A stretch of 64,000 bases of DNA from Paraspadella gotoi. Its lineage: Eukaryota > Animalia > Chaetognatha. The DNA is taken from the NCBI GenBank assembly GCA_051294375.1, contig CM119266.1, positions 8,647,093 through 8,711,092 of the forward strand, given 5' to 3'. Below are positions 1 through 10,779 of this stretch, in pieces (within the stretch, counting starts at the first letter, position 1; the number at the start of each line of letters is the position of its first letter). Made by a program: the position numbers and the translations under genes. The notes below the pieces were generated by a model. The model ran no database searches. It was not told where the DNA came from and worked only from the letters and a program-made list of their open reading frames with translations.

Positions 1-6
1 TGCTCA

Positions 7-3000
7 TCACAATTCAGTTCGTTGGCTTCCTTCTTTATCCTCGGGGGAAGAAGAGGACGATGATGATGAAGACTCTGCCGACGACGATGACGACGAAGAT
101 TCGTCGACTTCTTCGTCTCGCCAAACGAATTTGTAGTTGTTCTCCATCTTGTTCCTCCTAAAAATTAAATTAGTAATTTGATTTACAAATTATTAGAAAA
201 GTTTGAAATGAATTTTCAACAACGATTTTATTTTTAATAAAAAACGGACATGTTTCGGCTTAACTACAAGCCTTCATCAGCATTAACTTTTTAATGCTGA
301 TGAAGGCTTGTAGTTAAGCCGAAACATGTCCGTTTTTTATTAAAAATAAAATCGTTGTTGAAAATTCATTTCAAACTTTTCTAATAATTATTACACAACG
401 AAAAGAAAGGATTATACCACAATGATTTACAAATTTAAATTCCATAGAAGCTCAATGCAATGCCGCACGAAGATATGCTTTCTTTTGGACCAATACCCAC
501 CTATACTCTTCGGAGATCTGGCCGGAATTAGCGCCGATGAGCGACGACAGCATCTGACGAAACTGACGAGAGTCAACGTCGTCGAGAGTGTGGACGCCGT
601 CGTCGTCGTCGTCGCTGAAGTAACCGGAAGTTACGATGCGAACTTCGACCTGTAGAGGGAATGAGGCAAAAGTTCAGCGATATTAAATTGTACGACTTGC
701 CCATCAGACATTCTCCGTCCCCAGCTCTCACCTGCCGTCCGTCCTGCTTGTCCATCAATCCGGCCTTTTCCAGTTCCTCTTGCACGGCCTTGGACAGCCT
801 CGCCCGTTCGCTCTCCTCGATATCGATGGACTTGAGGCCTTTCGTTTTGTCGGTACCAGATTTAGAGATCTTGGTGATGCGGACTTTGACGGGAGACTTC
901 GAAGATGAGGGGGCGTTGCCTGTGGGGAGAAGGGTAATTAATACTGATATTTAAACAGGGAATCTTATTTCTCTATTCAACCGTTCTAATCTCCGTCTAT
1001 TTACACTTCTATCCTCACCTTCTTTCTCTATAGTTTTTCTGATCCAAGTGTCCAACTTCTCCTCTTCGTTTTTCGTTTCAGTCTTTTCTTCTTGTCTCCG
1101 ACTCTCACTCGATTTCTCTTCGTGTTTCCTCCACCATTTTTCCCGTTTTTGCTTCAGAGTTTCCTGAGTCGAACGATATCTCAGATCTAAATCTAAATGT
1201 AAATCCTTCACCCTCGCTCCTCGGAAAGCCACCTTGAAATCCACGCCTGCCGAGTCTAATCTCCGTTCCGTCTTGTCCAGCTGCTCGAGCAACTTGTTCA
1301 GCGTCTCCGTCAGCGACTGCAACGCCTTCTTTTGCGCGGAGGCGTCGGCGGAGGATTTGGGTGAGGCGTCGGACGAGGCTTCGGTCGAACCGAAGTCGTT
1401 CTCTCTGCGCATTTCGTCTTTGGCTTCTTGAAGGATCGATTGAAACTGACCCTGAATGGTGAAAAAGGTAATGGAGAAAGGGACAGTGGAGAGAAGGAGC
1501 GAGACATTTAAATACCTTCAGCTGGGAGGCCAGGGTTGTCTTGGCCTCTCTCGTCTGCTCCACTGAGAGACCTTCAGTCTCTCGACGAAACTCTTCCAAG
1601 TCTTCGTCGACGGAAGACGGCGACGAAGAAGAGGGAGTTGTGGTTGACTCTTCAACGGACTTTTTCAATCGCTTCGGGGAATAAACCTGAAATTAGTAGA
1701 TACGTAAATAATACAATAGTGTGGAAGACGTATATGTATATTGTATAATAAGTAATATCAATTGATATGAGAGGGTTTTCGTCTCACCTCTTTGAAAAAC
1801 TTTTCCATGACCGGCGAGAGTTGTCGAGGAGAGTCGGTAGAGGAGGAGGAGGAGGAGGAGGAAGGAGATGGAGTAGGAGGGGAATCCAAAAGCTGCGAAA
1901 AGCGAATTAAAAAAAAAAAGTCGATGTGAATTTTTTCATTGCCATTGCTAATAGGCCCTTATCCCTTATCCTCACCTTTTTCTTCTCTTCATACAATCGA
2001 TTAAGGGCCTTGAGCTTCTCCCCCATTTCTCTGACTTTCTTGGCCGTCCGCTCCTGTAGTGCCGAGTACTTGTCAAAATCTGGTTTGGAGAGGGCTGGGT
2101 TGCAGACGATGGTCGCCGGCTTCGGGGGCGTCCAAGGCTGATAAGTTATTGAGTAAGTAAAATGATTAATTACAATTGAAAATTATAAATAAAATACATA
2201 AAATTTGGCATAACCCATCCCGACAGATGTCAGTGCAAGGATTAGCAAGGGACAACGAGGGAAACGCCGACACCAAACGAAGTTAAGTAAGTATAATTTT
2301 GAATTCAAATTACATTCACCGGCTTCGCAATGAAGGCTACCGCGAGATGAAGATTTAAAATAAAACAAACATTTGCAAATGAATAACGCTATTTATAACC
2401 TTCGTTGAGTTATGAGTGACCAACCCTGACCCACCTTGAACCACGGGTGATCGCAGAGCCTGGTGGTGACGACCTCAAAGAGATAAGCGCAGGTGGAGGG
2501 TTCCTCGATCTCGGCGATCATCTCCGCTTCGTCACTTCCGCCGCCGAGACGTCGACCGAGAGTCGCGTCGCACTTGAAGCGAACCTGGGGGAATAACGAC
2601 AATTGTCGTTGCACATTTCACCGAGACTGCACCATGCTCGAATTATGCTCGTTGGTGAGAAAATCTACAACAAATTTATATATTTGTAATAATTAGCGGA
2701 TCCCTAGAAGCAAGGCGTTCACCTCTGTCTTTCGCGATTCTCCCGTCAAATCGCAGAGCGAACCGTTTGAGTAAAACTGAGAGTGAAAATTGCGTTCGGT
2801 CATTTTCTTTTCGCCGGCGGACGTGGGCTAAAAAGAGAATGGACGATGATTGAGAAGATGGAGAGAAAAGAACTAAATAAGGCAAAGACCGCTTGACAAT
2901 TCCGTTCCCCGTCAAATTCACCTTAGGCTTTGCAGCTCCCTGTTCATCCTCTTTAAGCTTCTCCCAGTTGAAGTCAGAGTCGAAAATTCCGAGCGACATG

Positions 3001-3842
3001 ACTTCTCCTTTGACGTCGCCGCCTTCGAAGTGGTATTGTTTCACGTCGCGACCCACGCACAGTTCGTAGGTCCACCAGCCTGAACATTAAAAACGAAAAA
3101 GAACAAAAATAAAAATGAACTAGGACGCGGTTTTTGAAGAGATTAGCACAGATATCACACAAAAAAGTAAAACTGTGGCGGTATATTCACACTGCCTCAC
3201 TTCAATCTTCATTCAGCCAATCCTATTGGGGAAACCCATCATCCCAAGCGTTAAGTTCCGTCTACAGTCCTACCCACTTTACGGAGGGTAAGAAGCCCAC
3301 AAAATCAACAGCCCCATCCCAATGAGCATCACAGGCTGTTGCCATAAAACAAACTTGATGCCCAAGCAAATTTTTATCGTGATATTCACCAAACCGAGCC
3401 ACGCCCCTTTGCGACCCTCACCTTTTGTATAAAACAAACACGGCGCCTCCTTCAAGGACGCCAAGAGTTGGGCGGGATCTGCCTCCGCCTCCCTCTGTTC
3501 TCCCGCCCCCGCTTCCGACCGTCGGCCTTTCGATTTGGACGGAGGCAAAGAGCATCGATACATCTGTCCGTACTTGGAGCTGAGCAACACTGTTTCGCTA
3601 TTCTCGGCGGCGGCGGCGGCATCCGGCGCCGGTCGTTCCTCCGAAGTTCTCTCCGATGCTTCAACGGGATCGTCCGGGAGTTCTCGGAGCAGCACCGGCT
3701 TGGTTAGGATGGAGACGTCAAAGCGCGAAGACTCGATGTCTTCGACGTCGAGGAGTCCGACGCCAGATGATTTGAAGACGAGTTGCAACAGGAAGACGAC
3801 TAGGATAGGGGCGAGGAGGCGGTGAGAGTGAGAGGGCGTCAT
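7..3842 (-). CDS. OS9: OS-9 / Yos9-family ER lectin (MRH domain), complete multi-exon gene
   Basis: Signal peptide (RLLAPILVVFLLQLVFKSSG), SSKYGQMYRCSLP, MRH motifs [50 protein letters not shown] and IEEPSTCAYLFEVVTTRLCDHP. OS-9-like C-terminal blocks VKVRITK, VEVRIV and MENNYKFVW; ends SQRTEL-TGA(7-9). GT-AG exons: 3842-3422, 3079-2922, 2827-2723, 2584-2435, 2137-1976, 1892-1788, 1686-1516, 1451-1019 (possibly split), 919-732, 649-501, 157-7. Confidence 0.9.
179..435. mobile_element. Palindromic hammerhead-ribozyme mini-element, copy 1 (PLE-type), in the last OS-9 intron
   Basis: Perfect 99-bp inverted arms 188-286 / 291-389 (loop CTTT), unpaired tail 390-422, and direct repeat TGATTTACAAATT at 179-191 and 423-435. 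Confidence 0.85.
293..334 (+). ncRNA. Minimal type I hammerhead ribozyme motif (mirror copy on the minus strand at 243-284)
   Basis: AAUG-CUGAUGA-A-GGCUU(guaguu)AAGCC-GAAA-CAUG-UC/CGUU. The full catalytic core is present, with a 5-bp stem II, a palindromic ACAUGU mini stem III and a 4-bp stem I; predicted cleavage after C330. Confidence 0.8.
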
Positions 3843-4480
3843 GGTGTAGATGGAAGAGGTTGTCGTTGTCGTACGAAGTTTAACGCGACGATGGAAATGA
3901 GTTATGTTTATAGGTTTTTCTTTCTTCGTTTTGTTTCGAGCAAGAATCGAGCAAATTCCTGCTGGAAATGAAAAGTCACGAAAATTTGTGAAAAGCGATT
4001 CAAAAACGATAAAATCAAATTTTGCTTCAGATTAAGATTAGCTTGGCCGAATTAACAAAAATAATCACGATTTTAAAGGTTTAATAATAACATCGAAAAA
4101 TCACAGATTTTTTTTATCATCTATCAAAGACAAAACACAGAATGCGATATCAAAAACTGATTGAGGCGACCTGTTGCTATTAGAGAACTATCATTAGACA
4201 TTACTGCAGCAAAAAAGAATATTTTGCCGCAAAAATTACGAGAAGTAGCAAATCTAAATGATAGATTGTGAGCAGTCGATAAAAGTTCTAAATTAGTATG
4301 TAACATCCAAACTTATCGTTTTAGGAGTTAGTAAAGATAGATTTGGTAAATCGTACTGTTCACGAAACTTTTTTAGATCCTTCTAAAATAAAATTAGAAC
4401 TCTCCACAAACGTCTCTTGATAAAGTTACCTACCATGCCGATGCCATTTATTGGCATACACTGCAATCTAGCCAATGTAC

Positions 4481-7400
4481 TTAGTACTTGTAGTTAAACT
4501 TCATCTTTAGTAGATACTTGACGTTAACCTGCCCGACATCGTAAACGATAAACTCGTTGTAAAGCAGCGAAGAGTCCTCCGTGTCAGGCTGCTTGGTCCA
4601 TTTTCCACTCGGAATCACGACCCCGTCCTTGGTCGTCTTGCCCTCCGCCGAGTTGGGCGCCATCTTGCCTACGCCCTTGCAGCTCTGCTTGCCCTTGGGG
4701 AGCTTGGTGATGTAGTCGGCGTGCTTGAGCTCGTGCATGTTACCCAGCGCAACGTCACAGAGCAGCATGAGGCCCGTGGGATTGGTGCGGGAGGTGTGGC
4801 AGTAGTTGGCCGACTTGGAGACCATGTCGGCAAAGTAGATACCTTTGCCGAACATGTAGCCGGTGACGGGAGCCTCGGGCGGGGCGATGCGCAGACCAGT
4901 TGAGAGGATTCCGGCGTAGTTGGATACGCGGGAGCCGTGCCAGAGGAGTTGCCGGTGGAGGCTCTTGAAGCCTTTGAAGCGAGCCGATTCTCCCTTGCGG
5001 GAAACCTGGGAAAAACCGATGAGAAAATTTACATATTGCCATATAAGTCTAAAACGGTTTTATTTTTATCAATGTGACTATAAGAAAAATTGTAGCCTTT
5101 ATTGCAAAATACAAGACTATCTATTATCTAAATTATTTATTATATTTTAAAAGACAATTTTTGTATAATTATCTTGATATAATTAAACCAAACCGAAAGA
5201 ACCAAAAGTTGGGAGCAATTAAAAATTTAAATCCTTAATTTAAATGATTCAGTCTAATCGAACCTTGAAAACGTCCTCGATCTCCAAGGTGTACTGCGAG
5301 TGTGTCTCTCCGTGCGTGTTCTCCACGTACTCCTTGAGCGTCTTGAACCCTTCCGAGTCTTTGGGCAGAACCGAGATATCCGCGTTGAGTTTGGCGTAGT
5401 GAGCGTCGATGGGGTCGACGTCGTCGCCGGCGCCGTCGTCCGACTTGAGCAGATTGTAAGCGACCTCCATGTCCATGAGGGAGTCGAGCATTTGCGCCTT
5501 GGCGGCGATGAGCTCCTTGTTGTCGAGGAGGGGAGGATTTTGGAGGCCAAAGTCGTGGGGGATGAGGGTGAAGAACCGATTGGTGGCGTCGAGGATGAGG
5601 GTGGGGGCGTCGCCGGGATTCTCGTCTATAACCTGGAAAATGGGGGGATTGGTCGGGAATTAGCTTTTTGTTTCTTTTTTTAAAATTATTTTGCAATTCG
5701 AAATTCTATTGATTTTTATTAGTTAATCTCCGTGCTCGCAAAATTTCAATTATAACAATTTACTTGTAACAACGTAAAATTGTCGGGAAACTTAAATTTC
5801 TTGGGAATAAAATTAGTAATCGCAGCTTTGAAAGAAAAAGACATTATTTAACTTCAACTTTCAAATTTCCCTCACCATTTCGGCTTCGCCTTACCTTAAG
5901 CGCCTCGCTGAGAATCTGATACCCGGCCCGGATCTGGGTCTTGCTTAATTTCCCGAGAGGCATCTTCTTCAAGTCGATTTCGAATTCGATCAAATCTTGC
6001 TTCATCCTCTCTACGTCGAAGATGAGCCTCACCAAATCTTGCACTTCCTTCTTCAGCTTTGATTTGGCCCCGGCGTCGCCGCTCAACGCCTTCGCCACTT
6101 CCTCGTTGTCCTCGCCATAGTCCAGCTCCACAGGATAGAACCTCTTGGGCTGCTTGACGAAATTGGCGCGGTTCTCCCAAACGTTACCCGTTTTCTCCTC
6201 GTAGAGACACTTGAAGTGGGAGATGGCTTCGGCTTTCGTGTCCATCTTTTCCAGTTTGTTGCCGCCGATGGTTGTGCCGACTCGACCCCAGGAGCGAAAG
6301 ACGTGGAAGCGATCCTTTTTGTCGTCTTTGAGGACTTGGAGTTTGTAGAAAGAGTTTTTGCCCGACTGTACGTCGACGGAATTGAGAATAGCGTTAAAGA
6401 CGTTCTTGCCCTCTCGCCATACAGAGGCCTTGTCCTCGAGCCCGCTGTCGGGGTCGACGGCGGCCCCGCCCTTGACTTTAAGGGTAGCCTTGCCCGATCC
6501 GCTCTTGCAAAACAACTTCTCGGCGGCAGATTTTCCGACGAAGTTGTCGGCGTCGTCGGGGATGTCGCCGATGCGTTCGTTGGGGTCGGAACCCCAATCG
6601 GCGATGTTACACTTTTCTATTAGGGCGTGGACGCCGACAGTTTTTCCCTTCGCCACTTGTTTCTCAACTTTAGCCAGAAAATCCTCGGACAAAACTTGAA
6701 CGTCAAACTTTCGCGCTTTTTTCATTTCGGATCCCATCGCCTCGAGCGTCTCCTTCTTGGCGAGGCAAGCGGCCGAGTCTTCCTCTATCGCGCTTTGACA
6801 AACTCCGCCGAGTTTCTCGATCCCTCGTTTCATCTCCACGTTGGAGACTTTATGCAAGGTGCCAACGATGGTGAACTTCATTCCGTGAAGAGGGCCGCGG
6901 CTCGGTTTAGCCGTGGAGGCGGCAGCGACGTCGCCGTTACCGTTAGCTTCAATCTTTACCTCCTGTTTGACGGCGGCGGCAGGGGAGGCTTTGGGTTTGT
7001 TCGGCAGCGGAGGAAAAACTCGATCCAGCGGCGTATATTTGTATTTTGCCAGGACGGATACGTCCTAGGGATGAGAGGAGGAATAATATTTCTGTTGAAT
7101 CGATATTATACATTTGTAGTTTCAAGAAAACGGCGACCTCATTCACGTTTCATAAGCCAAATTTTATCACTATGGTAGGTTCTTCGTTTAGTCCATTTTT
7201 CAGCTTTCACAAATTACCATTTTTTTTTCAGTTAGTTAAATTGTAGAATTAAACTCATTTAACGATTAAATCTTTTTCATACCTTGAACTGTTCAGGAAT
7301 CTTCACCGCTTTCCTATCCGGCTTCATCGTCGCGAACTGGCACTTGGTGAATCCTCCTTCCAAGTAGCCTTGACAAGCGTAGCCCTCGTTCCCCTTTCGC

Positions 7401-8353
7401 CGCAACTTCCCGTCCTTGGAGCCTCTCTTCTTGCAGTCGGAGCAGCCCTTCATGGCACCGAAGGCCATCATGTCGGAGACGGCGTCGAGAACGTCGCTCT
7501 CGCCGGTGGCCGGGAATTGCCCGTTGTATTCGAGGAGTTCCTTGAGGGCAGGGATGCTGGCCTCTTTAGCCAAAGAGTCGCGAATTTTCCAAATCAATTT
7601 GGACTGTTTTTCCATCGCTTTGGCCAACTCCGCCTCTTCCGTCTTCACCTCAGTCTTGACCTTTTTGGCGCTCGGCCCCGCGGCTCCGTCACCATCTTCC
7701 GTCTTCCTCTTGTCGGCCGATTTGGCCGACGACCCCTTGCCCAGTTTGGCGAGGATCTCTTCCCTGTCCTTCTCCCTCAAGTCCAGGAATCCTGTCATAA
7801 TAGTTGGAGACTTGTCCGCCCCGAACCCAAGCTCTTCCCTGTTGGCCACGAAGCAGTCAACGTGGTTCCAGTTCATGTAGGGTCCGTACATGGCGGCGCG
7901 CGGATCCTCGTAGTTCATTCGACCCAAGCGAATCTCGTTCTTGCCGATCTTGGCGCTGCATCCCTTGCAGGTGGAGGCACCGCTCTTGGCGTACTCGGCG
8001 CCGAAATCGCTCTTCCCGGCGCCGCCCTTCTTGGCAGCACCCTTCTTGCCCCCTTTGCCCTTCTTTGGTTCGGGCACGTCGCCGGACGCGATCTTGGCGA
8101 TCTGCTCTTTGACCTTCTGCTGATCATCCCAACGCAAGTTGTCGAGGCCGTCGACGTCGGCGGCGTCGCTCGGTCGCGCTCGATCCCAGAAACAGTCGAA
8201 GTGGAACCAATTGGGCGTCTTTCCGTCGAATTGGAAACTCTGCACCATGACGGCCATGCGGAGGACGTCCTTCTCGATCTTCTCCTTGCATTTCTTGCAG
8301 GCGGCGCGGCCGCTCTTGGAATACTCCGCCTTGAAGGGAAGATCGTCGGACAT
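4481..8353 (-). CDS. PARP1: Poly(ADP-ribose) polymerase 1
   Basis: Zn1 ([14 protein letters not shown]...WFHFDCF), Zn2 ([14 protein letters not shown]...WNHVDCF), Zn3/PADR1, BRCT, WGR ([13 protein letters not shown]), regulatory domain (KMPLGKLS) and catalytic H-Y-E (LWHGS, GIYFAD, YNEFIVY). Exons 8353-7283, 7064-5895, 5632-5264, 5005-4481. Confidence 0.97.
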
Positions 8354-9129
8354 ATTTCGGCAGGTTTTGTTTAGGGTTTTGGTTCGTCCGAACGACGCGA
8401 ATCGTTAGGGGGGGAGGGGAGTTTGTTTAGTTTTTCTATTAAAGGTCGTCTAAAAATACATGGAAATATAACACTTGGTAAGATACGGTTGGCTTTTTAC
8501 GTGAAAAAAACAAAACATTCATTTCAACTAAAGGAATCAATCACCGTTTAAAAAATGTCTGCTCCCTCTGATTCTGAACTTTGAAATTTCACAGGAAAAT
8601 TAAAAAAAAAAAAAAAAGAATTTGAGATAAACGGCGAGTCACGGAGAATATCGCTGATAAACAATATAATAAGAAACCGTCAACAATCGAATCAACTCAT
8701 TATTACTAAATTCAAAGGAGCGTAAACTACTATCGAAATACGATTAAAATGGACACTTGGACAGTCAATAAACAATCCAAGCGGACAGGTCAGTAGAGTT
8801 TAACAGGACATTCGACGAAGACTGGCAGTCTTTGAAGAAACAGCTCGGTCATTGAAGAATGTCGAGTCGGTCGTCAAACTCGTCAAAACCGGACCCGAGG
8901 GTGGAGCCACTGAAATCGGCGATAAGACGCAGCTTGACACTTAAACCGAGCCGCGAGTTCGATAAATACTACGAGGATTATCTACAAATTGCAAGAATTA
9001 CATCTAATCAAAACAAAAACATTGTAAAAACAAACAAAACAACAAAAAACAACAGTTTGAACGACCACAGTTCCCCTTGCTGTAATTCGGCCCGTCATTT
9101 GTTCAAAGCCACGTTTTTCTCCACGAATT

Positions 9130-9395
9130 AACCAATCAGAAGACATAATTTTCGGAAGTTAACTATGCGATTCTTAACTAAACAGTGATTGGTTTACCGT
9201 GCTCATGGCTTTTCGACTACGAGACCAATCAGCGTTTTAATTTTAAACGTTAACGACGCGAATTTAAGAGGAAGAGAGCAGCCAGATTTGATTCGTTGAA
9301 TCCGATGTCATATGGTTCGATGGGTGCAATGGCAAAGTACCATCTTATGACGTTATTGCTTGTTGTACTAATAAGATTAACGAATTTCGATTGGC
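9130..9395. promoter_or_regulatory. CCAAT-box cluster, probable PARP1 promoter
   Basis: CCAATC/GATTGG at 9132, 9188, 9225 and 9390, about 0.8-1 kb upstream of the PARP1 ATG. Function is inferred from position only. Confidence 0.4.
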
Positions 9396-9914
9396 TTCTG
9401 GTTTGTGTCGTAACCTTAGTTCGCCAACCCACGTCGATCTTTTCCCAGAACACTAGTTTAGCCACGTTATTGATCGTTATTTTCCGTTGCTAAAACGACG
9501 AGATATAAATCCAACCTTTTCAGCATTATTTCCTTTTAATTTAACATATTTAATTCGGGGATTCTTTGACACGCGGTCCTAGTGTTTTAGAACCTGAATC
9601 AACGAATGAAAAAATAACATTAAATTAAACAAAATTGCGGCTCTAGGGAACCGAAATCCGCTGCGCTTGCTTTAATTTACGTTTGGAACAAAATATTAAA
9701 AACCTTTGAACATCAGGTAAATATTTGTAATATTGATTTTAAAATCATTAAGGTTTTTTAAGCATTTGTAGAGTATAATGACTATAAGGAGTACTGGATA
9801 TTGTGGATAATTTAGGCTAAGCAACGATGCGATCGCCTCATTTACTTAAAGTTAAAAGGCCTCCCGCTTCTGACGCTGTTAAACTGTCTCTGACACGCTC
9901 TGCCGATAAAGCGT

Positions 9915-9975
9915 TAAAACACCGGGATCGAACCCGCAACGAATTGTTGGGTTGGTGCATTGGGCCGCTGAGTAA
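9915..9975 (-). other. Degenerate tRNA-like (Pol III A/B box) remnant, possible SINE head
   Basis: The minus strand reads TACTCAGCGG...GCGGGTTCGATCCCGG (T-arm/B-box-like), but no complete cloverleaf is visible. Confidence 0.25.
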
Positions 9976-10779
9976 TTTTTCTTTCGCGAAATGCACCTGA
10001 TATTGATTTTTTTTTATTGATTTTTTTCTCGCCACCAAAATGCTAATTACAAAGCTGTGCTTCTTTCCATATATATTAACAACGAATTATGACATTTTTT
10101 TAAATATAGCTTATCTAATAAATTTTTCAATTACTAATTATTTCATTCTTTCGTCTCTTTGACTTTGCCTATATTCCGTCGTTTCAACGATTAACACGTG
10201 AAAGAAACATAAAGAAAATCGATAGTATCAAATGAAAAAAGGAAAGAGAGAAAGAGAGAGAAATAGAGAGCGAGAAGGCGAAATGAGAGGGAGAACGAAT
10301 TTCTATTATTTCTACCTTTACTCCGACCACCAGTCGTTCCATCTGCCACACTGGGATCACCGATCACCCATACTCCTCAAAACGATAACCAAATTAGCAT
10401 CAGCGACACAGCGAATCAAATCTTTTAAGCCGCGTTAAATAATGAAATCAAGGTAAGCTGAGGATGTGAGGTTGGAATCGAGGAATAATGAGCAAGGAAA
10501 ATGTATTTAAGCTTATTTGAATTTACTACAAATATAAAGACTGACATTCTTTTTTAAAAGAATTAGGCGTCAAATATAAAACTGCCTCGATTACTTGTAT
10601 CTATCGTTAAATCCCCGTAAAAACTTATAATGCAACACATTTGGTAACGGATTGTGCTAACAAAGCGTTGGTGTAATGTAATGTAATGTAATCACAGTTA
10701 TTAAAACTTGAAGTATCAACAAATAATAGAGCAAAAGCAGCAGCTTCTCAATGGAGAATCGTTGTAGTTGCTTCAATCT

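Noticed and set aside
188-389. Palindromes as ordinary MITEs or pre-miRNAs
   Set aside because: The direct repeats are 13-15 bp and offset by a one-sided tail rather than abutting TIRs. The conserved part is the central hammerhead core, not the termini.
7370-8374. Long plus-strand ORFs (334 aa and others) opposite PARP1 and OS-9
   Set aside because: They are antisense shadows of GC-rich coding exons with no recognisable domains.
9915-9975. Functional tRNA gene
   Set aside because: Only a T-arm/B-box-like word is present; acceptor and anticodon stems do not form.
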